Shown here: in pieces, positions 17,845 through 26,475 of the stretch
How the letters are laid out: each line of letters opens with the position of its first letter
Position numbering within the stretch: the stretch's first letter is position 1
Source of the DNA: Chloroflexota bacterium
GTDB lineage: Bacteria; Chloroflexota; Anaerolineae; Anaerolineales; VGOW01
Direction of reading: 5' to 3'
NCBI GenBank assembly: GCA_016875735.1
Contig: VGOW01000015.1
Location: 2,311-66,310, forward strand
DNA length: 64,000 bases
Notes under the pieces: generated by a model
The model's database searches: none
The model's input: only the letters and a program-made list of their open reading frames with translations
Told to the model about the DNA's origin: nothing
Position numbers and translations under genes: made by a program

Positions 17845-18317
17845 TGATTATGGATACGATAGACACTGCCCCATCGGTTCGCGTGCTGCCCACAGAGTTC
17901 GGCGCTCCGGCGCTGAACATCACGTTGGAGGAAGGGCTGATCGGTTGTGAGATGTGGCAGCACTTCACTCTCGAAGCCCCCGCCGACACTGCGCCACTGA
18001 TGCTGTTGCGTTCGTTGGATGAGCCGGACATCTCGTTTATCGTCTGCGACCCGCGAGCGATTGAGTCAGATTATTCCCTCGCCTTGTCCGACACCGAGAT
18101 GGATATTTTGGGCGGGCCCTCTGCCGATGAGTTGGCGATGTTCGTCATCATGAATGTGAAGATGATCGAGAATCGCACGCAGGTCACCGTCAATTTGCTT
18201 GGCCCGGTTGTGGTCAATCTGGCTAATAGAGCGGCGCGGCAAGTGATCAACCCCGATCATCTGGCGCATCACCCGGTAGGAGACTTGTCGCATGTTAGTG
18301 CTGACGCGAAGGCCTGA
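17841..18317 (+). CDS. fliW: Flagellar assembly factor FliW
   Basis: 158 aa. 'ITLEEGLIGCEMWQHFTL...LRSLDEPDISFIVCDP...VTVNLLGPVVVN' FliW pattern. Immediately upstream of csrA, as in Bacillus. Confidence 0.8.
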   Translation: MMIMDTIDTAPSVRVLPTEFGAPALNITLEEGLIGCEMWQHFTLEAPADTAPLMLLRSLDEPDISFIVCDPRAIESDYSLALSDTEMDILGGPSADELAMFVIMNVKMIENRTQVTVNLLGPVVVNLANRAARQVINPDHLAHHPVGDLSHVSADAKA

Positions 18318-18543
18318 TGAGTCGTTGAGTATCAACTCCGGCGAGATCATTATCACCGTTCTCGGCGTGGAAGGGGACAGGGTGAAGCTGGGAATCTCGG
18401 CGCCGCGGCATGTGAGCATTCTGCGCCAAGAGTTGTGCGAAGAAGTGCGGGAGCAGAATCGGGTGTCGGCTCTGCCCGTTCAAGCGTCGGGCCAGTTGGC
18501 GGCGGTGGTGCGCGGACTCGTAGCCACGCAGCCCGTGCCATAG
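18292..18543 (+). CDS. csrA: Carbon storage regulator CsrA (flagellar type)
   Basis: 'MLVLTRRPDESLSINSGEIIITVLGVEGDRVKLGISAPRHVSILRQEL'. Confidence 0.9.
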   Translation: MLVLTRRPDESLSINSGEIIITVLGVEGDRVKLGISAPRHVSILRQELCEEVREQNRVSALPVQASGQLAAVVRGLVATQPVP

Positions 18544-18553
18544 TTCTTGTGGA

Positions 18554-19864
18554 GTGTCTATGACGATTCTGCCCGTTGCCTCAACCATACCGATGCTCAA
18601 ATTTGCCTCCAGCCGTGCCGCCACCAGCCCCTTTTCGGCGACCGACCACACCCTTCTGGTCGTGGACGACGAAGTTTACACGCTTCATCTTCTCGAATTG
18701 CTTTTCCGGCACGATGGGTATCGAGTGCTCACGGCGAGTTCGGCGGAAGAAGGGCTGGATGTGCTGGGGCGGCATCAAGTGTCGCTGGTCATCTCCGACG
18801 AACGGCTTCCCGGAATGAGGGGCGTGGAATTTTTGATGCGCGTTCGGCAGAATTGGCCCGATACCTTTCGGATCATTTTGACTGCGTACGCTGACACACA
18901 GGCGGTGATTAATTCCATCAACGACGGGCACGTGTACCGCTTCATTACCAAGCCGTGGGATAACAACGACCTGCGGCAGATCGTTCGCGATGCTTTGCGC
19001 CGGTTCGACATTACCAAAGAAAACCGGCGCCTCAATGCGCTCATTCTTCAGCAGTTCGCCGAACTGCGGACGATGAATGAATCGCTGGAACAAAAAGTTG
19101 CCGAGCGCACTGCCGAAGTGGAAACTAAGAATCGGCACTTGCAGGAAACCATGCTGGAGGTGGTGCGCACGCTGAGCGGCATTTTGGAAATGCGCGGCGT
19201 GGGAGCCAAAGGCCATGCCCTGCATGTAAGCCAGGCGTGCGATTGGGTGGCGGGCTTGCTGGCGCTTTCTGCCGAGCAACGGTTGGAATTGGGCATGGCG
19301 GCCATGCTTCACGATATTGGCAAAGTGGGCTTGCCCGATGAGTTGCTGCGCAAAGATTCGATGGCCTACACTCGCACCGAGACGGCGGTGTTCCGCGAAT
19401 ACTGTGTGCTGGGGCAATCCATCATTTCCGGGATCCGGCAATTGGAGAACGTCGGGCGCATCATCCGCCACCAGCGCGAATGGTGGAACGGAGCCGGTTT
19501 CCCCGACGGGTTGGCCGAAGAGCAGATTCCGATTGAGTCGCGCATTATCGCGGCGGTCGATGCCTACGAGGAGCGCCCCGATCAAGCGTTGTTGGAGCAG
19601 GGGAGCGGGCGGCGGTTCGATCCGGAAGTGGTGACGGCCTTCGTGGCTTACTTGGCCGATCGGGCGAGTGTGCGCGGCGAGTCGGCGCGCGCGATGCTGC
19701 CACACGAATTGCGCGAAGGCATGATTCTGATGAACGATGTGTACACCGGGCGCGGGCTGTTGTTGTGCACGGGCGGCAAGGCCATCGACAAGACAACGCT
19801 GGAGAAGATTCGCAACTTCAATCGAGTCGATCCGATCTTGGGCAAGATTTATGTGAGGGGCTGA
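18554..19864 (+). CDS. Response regulator with degenerate HD-GYP domain
   Basis: REC: 'TLLVVDDEVYT...LVISDERLPGMRGVEFL...YRFITKPW'. The HD part is intact ('MLHDIGKVGLP'), but the HHExxDGxGYP block reads 'HQREWWNGAGFPDG'. Extra C-terminal segment 'LREGMILMNDVYTGRGLLLCTGGKAID'. Confidence 0.8.
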   Translation: MSMTILPVASTIPMLKFASSRAATSPFSATDHTLLVVDDEVYTLHLLELLFRHDGYRVLTASSAEEGLDVLGRHQVSLVISDERLPGMRGVEFLMRVRQNWPDTFRIILTAYADTQAVINSINDGHVYRFITKPWDNNDLRQIVRDALRRFDITKENRRLNALILQQFAELRTMNESLEQKVAERTAEVETKNRHLQETMLEVVRTLSGILEMRGVGAKGHALHVSQACDWVAGLLALSAEQRLELGMAAMLHDIGKVGLPDELLRKDSMAYTRTETAVFREYCVLGQSIISGIRQLENVGRIIRHQREWWNGAGFPDGLAEEQIPIESRIIAAVDAYEERPDQALLEQGSGRRFDPEVVTAFVAYLADRASVRGESARAMLPHELREGMILMNDVYTGRGLLLCTGGKAIDKTTLEKIRNFNRVDPILGKIYVRG

Positions 19865-19892
19865 TTGCCCCTGCGTGAAGCCACCTTTCCGA

Positions 19893-19933
19893 CGGGAGCC
19901 GGGGCGCGTTGTATGCCCCGGCTCCCGTTTTTT
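19893..19933 (+). terminator. Rho-independent terminator ending the flgM...csrA-RR operon
   Basis: 12-bp stem CGGGAGCCGGGG/CCCCGGCTCCCG followed by TTTTTT. Confidence 0.65.
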
Positions 19934-19938
19934 GATCG

Positions 19939-19967
19939 TTGCCAAATTTGGCGATGATCAATAGAAT
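19939..19967 (+). promoter_or_regulatory. Sigma-70-like promoter giving a leaderless or near-leaderless mRNA
   Basis: TTGCCA-N17-TAGAAT, with the ATG of the next ORF (19974) only 6 nt after the -10 element. Confidence 0.35.
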
Positions 19968-19973
19968 ACGATC

Positions 19974-20327
19974 ATGAGATTGCGCTGGGCGCGACTTGCG
20001 CAGATGGTGCGCTGGCTGTTGGCGTTGATTCTTTTGACCGCGGCCCTGGCTGCCTGCCAAACTGAAGAAGCCACGCCGTCGGCCAAGTTTCCGGTGGGCA
20101 GCCGGGTGCGGTTTGTCGGCGACACCGAGAGCATCATTTTGTATATTGACTGCGGATCGGTCATCAACAAGATTGCGGGCGTGGCGAATATGGATGACGC
20201 CGCCGTGACTTTGGATCGCAAGTATTGCGACGGGCGATGGTGGTATCAGGTTCAGGTGCCAGCGCTGAAGGACGAAGACTGGAAAGGCATTGGCTGGGCG
20301 GCAGAGGAGAATCTCAAGGCGAAGTGA
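19974..20327 (+). CDS. Small putative lipoprotein
   Basis: 117 aa. Lipobox 'LTAALAAC' after a hydrophobic signal sequence; C-terminal 'WKGIGWAAEENL' is SH3-like. No recognisable family. Confidence 0.5.
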   Translation: MRLRWARLAQMVRWLLALILLTAALAACQTEEATPSAKFPVGSRVRFVGDTESIILYIDCGSVINKIAGVANMDDAAVTLDRKYCDGRWWYQVQVPALKDEDWKGIGWAAEENLKAK

Positions 20328-20332
20328 GCAAA

Positions 20333-20365
20333 GAGAGGCCGCCGGGGTCGTCCCGGCGGCCTCTC
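20333..20365. terminator. Bidirectional hairpin between convergent operons
   Basis: Perfect 14-bp stem GAGAGGCCGCCGGG/CCCGGCGGCCTCTC between the lipoprotein stop (20327) and the flgE stop (20389). Confidence 0.55.
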
Positions 20366-20388
20366 TTCAGTGTGCGCGCCGTTCGGGG

Positions 20389-21693
20389 TTAGCGCTTCAT
20401 GCTCATCAGCTCTTGCAGCATTTCATCCGAAGCAGTGATCACTCGTGAGTTGGCTTGGAAGCCGCGCTGCGCCGTGATCATGTTGGTGAACTCTTGAGCC
20501 AGATCGACGTTCGATCCTTCGAGGTGACCCGACACCACCGTGCCGCGAGTGCCTGTGCCGGGCAGGCCGACATTCGGATCGCCGGAGTTGATCCATGCGC
20601 GGTAAAGGTTCTGCCCGGCGGAGATCAACCCGGCCGGGTTGATGAACGTCGCCAGCGCAATCTGGCCGAGCTCCTGCCTGAGGCTATTGGAATACAACCC
20701 GAACACGCGGCCCGTTTCACTCACTATGTCGAGGCTGGAGAGCGTGCCGGGCGCGAGGCCGTCTTGCGTGACTTGCGATACGGTGCTGGTCTGCCCAAGC
20801 TGTGTGAGTTCCGAGAAGTCGATGGTGATGGTGCCCGGATCGGTGGGCGGCTGATTGACTCCCGCGCCGTTGACGAGATCGATGGTGAGCGTGCCGGTGG
20901 TGGAGCCGGCAGTGGAGAGCTGCCCGGACACGTCGAAGATTAGCGTGGTGGCCGAGAGTGTGGGCGCTGAGGCGAACGGCGGGTTGGCATAGGTGCCGGT
21001 GACAGCGGCCGTCCATTGATTGGCGGTCGCCGTTTTGGTTAACCGAAGCGTGACATTGTGCTGATTGCCTTGCGAGTCGTACACCGCCATGGTGGTGTCC
21101 ACGTAGTTGGGAACCGATGTGGAGAGGGTAGCGGCGTCCAAGTTTCCGGCTAGGGTGACGTTTGCGGTGGCGCGAGCCAGGGTCGTATCGACCGGGATGG
21201 CGATGGGGCCGACGGCCCCCGTGGTGTCGATGAGGCCGGTGTCCGGATCGACATCCCCCTGATCCCAGCCCAGCACGTGCAGGCCGGTGTTCATGTGTGT
21301 CATCATCCGATCTTGCCCGACATCGAATGCGCCGTCACGAGTGAACGCGCCGGTTTCCACATTCTCGCCGACGATGAAGAAGCCATCGTCCTGAATGGCA
21401 ATATCGGTGGGGCGGCCTGTGGCGCGCAGGGTACCCTGAGTCATGATTTTGACGATGCCCCCAAGTTGGGTGCCCATTCCCGCTTGAATGGGATTGCGGC
21501 CGCCAGTGGGCGGGGTGGCGGTGGTGCTGGGCGCGTTGCCCGGATTATGGAATTGGCTGATCTGAATCTTGAAGTCAACGCGGCTGGCCTTGTAGGCTGT
21601 GGTGTTGACGTTAGCGAGGTTGTTGGCGACCACATCCATATATGTCTGATGCAGACCTAATGAACTAATGGCCGAGTACATTGAGCGTAACAT
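20389..21693 (-). CDS. flgE: Flagellar hook protein FlgE
   Basis: 'MLRSMYSAISSLGLHQTYMDVVANNLANVNTTAYK' and 'LEGSNVDLAQEFTNMITAQRGFQANSRVITASDEMLQELMSM'. Confidence 0.92.
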   Translation of the reverse strand: MLRSMYSAISSLGLHQTYMDVVANNLANVNTTAYKASRVDFKIQISQFHNPGNAPSTTATPPTGGRNPIQAGMGTQLGGIVKIMTQGTLRATGRPTDIAIQDDGFFIVGENVETGAFTRDGAFDVGQDRMMTHMNTGLHVLGWDQGDVDPDTGLIDTTGAVGPIAIPVDTTLARATANVTLAGNLDAATLSTSVPNYVDTTMAVYDSQGNQHNVTLRLTKTATANQWTAAVTGTYANPPFASAPTLSATTLIFDVSGQLSTAGSTTGTLTIDLVNGAGVNQPPTDPGTITIDFSELTQLGQTSTVSQVTQDGLAPGTLSSLDIVSETGRVFGLYSNSLRQELGQIALATFINPAGLISAGQNLYRAWINSGDPNVGLPGTGTRGTVVSGHLEGSNVDLAQEFTNMITAQRGFQANSRVITASDEMLQELMSMKR

Positions 21694-21773
21694 GTTGTCC
21701 TCCCGAAGCGTTTCGCTTCAGAATCCACTGGGCTTCCTGCGAGAGGACCAGCCCGGCAGATGATTGATGTGGA

Positions 21774-22148
21774 TCACTTCGCGAACACGACGGTGTCCAC
21801 GTTGGTGAAAACTCCTTCGCGCTGACTGCGCGAGTCCATGGCGGTGACGATGGTTCGCTGTCGCACATCGACGATGAACGCAAGGTCGTCCATGAGGATG
21901 AGCGAGTCGCGACTACCCTTCTGTTCGGCGCGGCTCACCGCTTCGGCCAGCCGCTGCATATCAGGCGGCTGAATGGTGATGTCGCGCGCGGCCAGCCTCT
22001 TTTCGGCGTGCGCCGAGAAGCGCACGCGCGCCTCGTCGAGGGTGTTGGCAAAGTTCTGGCCGCTGCCTGCCTTCGGTGGCGGCATGGGGCGTGGCTGCGC
22101 GCCGACGCCCACGGACGGGCCATAGGCCACTGCTCTTGGCTCAGGCAT
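21774..22148 (-). CDS. Small 'flagellar operon protein' (flgD-flgE intervening family)
   Basis: ATG 22148 forms an ATGCCTGA overlap with the flgD stop. 'RFSAHAEKRLAARDITIQPPDMQRLAEAVSRAEQKGSRDSLILMDDLAFIVDVRQRTIVTAM' resembles the conserved small protein found between flgD and flgE in Firmicutes and Spirochaetes. Confidence 0.6.
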   Translation of the reverse strand: MPEPRAVAYGPSVGVGAQPRPMPPPKAGSGQNFANTLDEARVRFSAHAEKRLAARDITIQPPDMQRLAEAVSRAEQKGSRDSLILMDDLAFIVDVRQRTIVTAMDSRSQREGVFTNVDTVVFAK

Positions 22149-22569
22149 AGAACCCCTCCTGAACGGTTTGCACGTCCGACAGTTTTGCCGTGGCGCCGCC
22201 GATGTCGAGCACCACATCAGCGCCCATCAGCCGCACCGACCCGACGATGCCTCTCACTTGCTGGCCGGTTGCGTCTTGGGCTTGCACCATCTTGCCGATC
22301 AGGCTTGCGCCCTGCACGAGCGATTGCGTCCGGCTCATGGCCTCGATGTTCTTGTTCAGCTTCTGCATCTCGGCCAGCGTGTTCATCTGCGCCAGCTGCC
22401 CCATGAATTCCTGATCCTTCATCGGGTTCATCGGGTCCTGATGCTTCAACTGCGCCATCAGCAGTTTCATGAACGCTTCGCCGTCGAACGCAGTCGACGG
22501 AGCGGCGCTGGCCGCAGTGCGCGTGGCATTGCCTGTCGGCGCTAAAGACGTTGGTGATGTTGTCGGCAT
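22141..22569 (-). CDS. flgD: Hook assembly (capping) protein FlgD
   Basis: 'FMKLLMAQLKHQDPMNPMKDQEFMGQLAQMNTLAEMQKL' FlgD N-domain signature. Confidence 0.88.
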   Translation of the reverse strand: MPTTSPTSLAPTGNATRTAASAAPSTAFDGEAFMKLLMAQLKHQDPMNPMKDQEFMGQLAQMNTLAEMQKLNKNIEAMSRTQSLVQGASLIGKMVQAQDATGQQVRGIVGSVRLMGADVVLDIGGATAKLSDVQTVQEGFYA

Positions 22570-22618
22570 ATTGACCTCCTTTCTTGAAAATTGGCGTGAA
22601 GCGAGCGTAAAGCCCGCC

Positions 22619-23707
22619 TTACACTCTCAAATCCAGTCTCGACGATTTGCGGTCGGTCGGGGTGGCGGCCGCCACCGGAGCGGCGGCTGGCGCGATCACG
22701 GTGGGGCGGCGCGCGAGTTCGTCGAACAAGTGCCGGCGATCTTGCTGTTGGCCGTTGCCCACCGACACCGATAGCTGCCCCACTGCCACGCCCGCTTCGG
22801 ACAGCGCAACGCGCAGATCGTTTTGATGCTTGCGAATGAGCGCACCCGTGGGCGCAGTCTCGGTGGTGACGTGCACGCGCACTTCGTTGCCGCTGTAAGC
22901 CAGCCGAACTTCCACGCGCCCCAGCGATTCCGGCTGCAACTGCAAGCGCACCTCTTGGCCGCCCTCGGCGCTCAACTGGCGAATGGCCATTGCCACACGC
23001 TGCACAGGTTCGGGCAGGCGTGCGGCTGTCGAAGGTTGATCGGCGGATTCGATCTTGACCTCGGTCGGCTGGGGAGGAGCGGGGGGCCGGTTTTCGGCCT
23101 GCACGTTGATTTCAACTTTTGTCGGCGCGGGGAAGTCGTCACGACCCTGTCCCGCTGCCGGGCGAATGTTGAGGGACTCAGCCTTCGACGCCTCGCCCTC
23201 TTTGCCGTTGCGGTTGGCATCCTCGTTTCCCTTTTGTGAGGCGGCGAGCAGCGTGGAGAACGCTTCGGGTTGTGGCCCGGGGTCGGGGGCGGCTTCGAGC
23301 AGTGTGTCGGCCTCCACCGGAGAGTCGGCATCAGTCGGTTTCTGTTTCGGCTCCGCTTTTGTCGTCAGGCTATTGCTCTCGGAGAGCAATTCATCGCCGC
23401 CGTTTTCACTGCCCGCATCCACCGTGAGTTGTTGTTGCGCGACGAGCGCCTCTGCCAATGCTGATTCTTCCGTGGCCTTCACCGTTTCGGCGGCGATAGT
23501 GACGAGCGGCATTACCGGCACGACGAGTGCGGCCAGCGCGGCCAATGCCGCCGGGTCTTTCACTTCGTATTCGGGGGCGGCGGCTTCGGGCTTCGCCGAT
23601 TCGGTCACGGTGGAGAGCACCGCGTCGAACTCGCCGGGCTTGCCGGTCGGTTTCTGCGGAGCGACGACGAACACTTCGGGGATGACGTTGGATACGTTTG
23701 GCGGCAT
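22619..23707 (-). CDS. fliK: Hook-length control protein FliK
   Basis: 362 aa with a low-complexity N-terminal half. C-terminal Flg_hook-type 'VRLQLQPESLGRVEVRLAYSGNEVRVHVTTETAPTGALIRKHQNDLRVALSEAGV'. Confidence 0.75.
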   Translation of the reverse strand: MPPNVSNVIPEVFVVAPQKPTGKPGEFDAVLSTVTESAKPEAAAPEYEVKDPAALAALAALVVPVMPLVTIAAETVKATEESALAEALVAQQQLTVDAGSENGGDELLSESNSLTTKAEPKQKPTDADSPVEADTLLEAAPDPGPQPEAFSTLLAASQKGNEDANRNGKEGEASKAESLNIRPAAGQGRDDFPAPTKVEINVQAENRPPAPPQPTEVKIESADQPSTAARLPEPVQRVAMAIRQLSAEGGQEVRLQLQPESLGRVEVRLAYSGNEVRVHVTTETAPTGALIRKHQNDLRVALSEAGVAVGQLSVSVGNGQQQDRRHLFDELARRPTVIAPAAAPVAAATPTDRKSSRLDLRV

Positions 23708-23710
23708 GGC

Positions 23711-24115
23711 TTATCGTCCCATCGCGATGGCTTTGAGCAGAGCCAATTTACGCGAAACTAGTTGTGTGAGCGATTGATATTGAATGGATGTTTCGGCCAA
23801 CTGCGACATTTCGAGATCGATGTCCACGTTGTTGCCGTCGAGCCGCATACTACTGGTCTGGCGCGGGGTGACGTTCGGCCCCTGCTCTCGTGTGGCGGGC
23901 GAGGCCAAGTGCCCCGTGTGAGTCTGAGCCATCTTGAATTTTGACTCTTGGCCTATTGCTTCTCTCAACTGCCGGTCGAAAGTGACAGCCAGCGCCTGAT
24001 AGCCGGGCGTCTCGGCGTTGGCAATGTTGTGGCCGACGATTTGCTGGCGTGAGGCCAATCCGTCGAGCGCGGCCTCGAGAACTTTCGTGGTGGTGTCATT
24101 GATCAGGTTAGGCAT
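23711..24115 (-). CDS. flgB: Proximal rod protein FlgB
   Basis: 'LDGLASRQQIVGHNIANAETPGYQALAVTF...LDGNNVDIDLEMSQLAETSIQYQSLTQLVSRKLALLKAI'. Confidence 0.85.
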   Translation of the reverse strand: MPNLINDTTTKVLEAALDGLASRQQIVGHNIANAETPGYQALAVTFDRQLREAIGQESKFKMAQTHTGHLASPATREQGPNVTPRQTSSMRLDGNNVDIDLEMSQLAETSIQYQSLTQLVSRKLALLKAIAMGR

Positions 24116-24117
24116 GG

Positions 24118-24666
24118 TTATCCTCCTCCCCGATAAGCCGAATAGAGATTGAGGATGCGCGGCACGTATCGCTGTGTCTCGGCGTACGGGGGGATGCCGT
24201 TGTACTTGTCCACTGCGCCCGGCCCGGCGTTGTAGGCCGCCAGCGCGAGCGAAACATTTTGATCGTAGCGGTCGAGCAGCTGCCGAAGAAGTTTCGCGCC
24301 GCCCTCCACGTTTTGCGTTGGGTCGAAAGAATTGCTCACGCCGAGTCCGGCGGCGGTGCCGGGCATGAGCTGCATGAGGCCGCGCGCGCCCGCTTTAGAA
24401 ACGGCGCCCGAATTGAAATTCGATTCGGCGTGCACGACGGCCTTCACCAGCGCGGGATCGAGCCGGTAGCGTTGCGAAGCCTGCGCGATGAGCGAGTCGA
24501 ATGCCGAAGGGTTGCGCGCGCCGATGTCACGCGCGGCGGGATACACCCATTCGCCGTTGGCGAGGGCGGGGGCGCTGGTGGTGCTGAACTGCTGAAGCAT
24601 TTGCATGATAAGCCGCACGAGCATCAGTTGTAACTGCGTATCCGGGCCGTTGATCATTCCGAACAT
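24118..24666 (-). CDS. Flagellum-associated lytic transglycosylase (SLT domain)
   Basis: ATG 24666 lies just after the fliJ stop. 'VHAESNFNSGAVSKAGARGLMQLMPGTAAGLGV...LAAYNAGPGAVDKYNGIPPYAETQRYV' is an SLT/goose-lysozyme fold signature. N-terminal 'QLQLMLVRLIMQMLQQF' is reminiscent of a FlgJ rod-binding motif. Confidence 0.8.
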   Translation of the reverse strand: MFGMINGPDTQLQLMLVRLIMQMLQQFSTTSAPALANGEWVYPAARDIGARNPSAFDSLIAQASQRYRLDPALVKAVVHAESNFNSGAVSKAGARGLMQLMPGTAAGLGVSNSFDPTQNVEGGAKLLRQLLDRYDQNVSLALAAYNAGPGAVDKYNGIPPYAETQRYVPRILNLYSAYRGGG

Positions 24667-24676
24667 GGCTGCCGTC

Positions 24677-25132
24677 CTATTGCTGACTCTTTTGATAAGC
24701 CTGCGCGATGTAAATGTCGTCGCGTTCGGCGGCTTCGCGGCGGGCCTCTTCGGCCAGCCAACGTTCACGCTCGCGCGCCTTCAGCTTCTCCAACGTCTCT
24801 TTGGCTTGCTGGGCCAGAACCACTTCCTGCCGTTTGGCCGTGATCTGCGGCTGAAGATCGTTGAGCTGCCGCGAAAGCGCAGTGATCTGCAACTGCACGC
24901 CGCGAATCTGGGCCCGCAGTTGATTGATGGTCATCATGTCAAGGATGCCAATCTGGCGCTGGGCCAATGTGCCGAACAAATCCTGCTCGGCCAAATGCAG
25001 TTTTTGGATAGCCACTTTGAGCATTTGCTCGGCGGCGAGCAATTGCGCCAACGCAATTTCGAGCGACTCGACGATGCGATGGCGATAATTGAGAACGGGC
25101 TGAAGCGAGAATTGTTTTGGCATATGAATCAA
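24677..25132 (-). CDS. fliJ: Flagellar export chaperone/stalk protein FliJ
   Basis: About 150 aa coiled-coil protein 'LQPVLNYRHRIVESLEIALAQLLAAEQ' directly after fliI. Start is TTG 25132 (overlaps the fliI stop) or ATG 25123. Confidence 0.7.
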   Translation of the reverse strand: MIHMPKQFSLQPVLNYRHRIVESLEIALAQLLAAEQMLKVAIQKLHLAEQDLFGTLAQRQIGILDMMTINQLRAQIRGVQLQITALSRQLNDLQPQITAKRQEVVLAQQAKETLEKLKARERERWLAEEARREAAERDDIYIAQAYQKSQQ

Positions 25133-26475
25133 CCTTGAAAGATGGCCCCGAGATGCTGTAACGTAGCTTCGTATGACGTGGGATCGACCCCCTGCTTGAG
25201 GAGCAGTTCCGCTTTGGGCAAAAGGGCGATCGCCTCATCAATCTGCGGATCGGAGCCTTTGACGTACGCGCCGATGTTGATCAGGTCGCGCGCCTTTTCG
25301 TACACGGCCAATACTTGTCTCAATCGCCCGGCAAAATGCCGATGCTCTGCGGACGTGACAGCGGGCATGACGCGGCTCACCGAATGCAAAACGTCAATGG
25401 CCGGATAATGATTGCGCGCGGCGAGATCGCGGCTCAAAGTAATGTGCCCGTCGAGAATGGATCGGGCGGCGTCGGCGATAGGCTCGTTGAAATCGTCGCC
25501 ATCCACCAACACGGTGTAAAAGCCGGTCATCGTTCCGCGCTCCGACGTGCCTGCGCGCTCCATCAGTTTCGGCATCAACGCGAACACCGACGGCGTGTAG
25601 CCTTTGCTGGCCGGCGGCTCGCCAATCGCCAGCCCAATCTCGCGCTGGGCCATCGCCACGCGAGTCACCGAGTCCATCATGAAGGTCACGTCGCGCCCTT
25701 CTTCGCGCAGGCCTTCGGCGATGGCCGTGGCCACCCACGCGCCTTTCACTCGCACCAACGCCGGCTGATCGGAGGTGGAGACGACGACCACCGATCGCGC
25801 CAAGCCGTCGGGGCCGAGACTGTGCTCGATGAACTCCTGCACTTCACGCCCGCGCTCGCCGATGAGTCCAATCACCGACACATCACTGCGCGAGTTGCTG
25901 GCGATAGAGCCCATGAGCGTGCTTTTGCCCACGCCGCTCCCGGCGAAGATGCCCATGCGTTGGCCTTTGCCGATGGTGATCAAACTGTCGATGGCGCGCA
26001 CGCCGGTAGCGAGCGGCTCGGTGATGGGCTGACGTTTCAACGGGTGTGGCGATGTCCCACTGGATACCGGCACCATGTTGGTAGCGTTGAGCGGCCCTTT
26101 GCCGTCAATCGGTTGCCCCAATCCATCGAGCACGCGCCCCAACAACCCGCGCCCCACCGGAACATGAAACGGCTGTCCCTCGGCGATCACCGGGCTTCCG
26201 GGTTGAATGCCGCGCATCTCGCCGAGCGGCATGAGCAGGGTGCGCTCATCTCTGAAACCGACGACTTCCGCCGGGAGGCGGCCATGTGAGTTGTAGCGGA
26301 TCTCGACCAACTCGCCGATCTCGCAATCTAACCCCTGCGCTTCGATGGTGAGGCCGACGATTTGTGTGACGCGGCCACACACCCGAAGCGTTCGGGCTTG
26401 GCGCAGCGCCGCGCTCACCCGATCGAGTTTGGGAGCCGGATGCCGTAGCATGAGCGGCGGGCTGGCGAGAGTCAT
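25129..26475 (-). CDS. fliI: Flagellum-specific ATPase FliI
   Basis: Walker A 'GIFAGSGVGKSTLMG', Walker B 'DVTFMMDSVTRVAMAQREI', F1/T3SS ATPase fold throughout. ATGA overlap with the fliH stop. Confidence 0.95.
   Translation of the reverse strand: MTLASPPLMLRHPAPKLDRVSAALRQARTLRVCGRVTQIVGLTIEAQGLDCEIGELVEIRYNSHGRLPAEVVGFRDERTLLMPLGEMRGIQPGSPVIAEGQPFHVPVGRGLLGRVLDGLGQPIDGKGPLNATNMVPVSSGTSPHPLKRQPITEPLATGVRAIDSLITIGKGQRMGIFAGSGVGKSTLMGSIASNSRSDVSVIGLIGERGREVQEFIEHSLGPDGLARSVVVVSTSDQPALVRVKGAWVATAIAEGLREEGRDVTFMMDSVTRVAMAQREIGLAIGEPPASKGYTPSVFALMPKLMERAGTSERGTMTGFYTVLVDGDDFNEPIADAARSILDGHITLSRDLAARNHYPAIDVLHSVSRVMPAVTSAEHRHFAGRLRQVLAVYEKARDLINIGAYVKGSDPQIDEAIALLPKAELLLKQGVDPTSYEATLQHLGAIFQG

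Noticed and set aside
21694-21773. Hairpin GAAGCG-aaa-CGCTTC immediately before the flgE Shine-Dalgarno (GGGAGGA), considered as a possible additional CsrA or riboregulatory site.
   Set aside because: GGA occurs only within the SD itself, not in a loop. The stem is short (6 bp). There is no second site, so evidence is insufficient.
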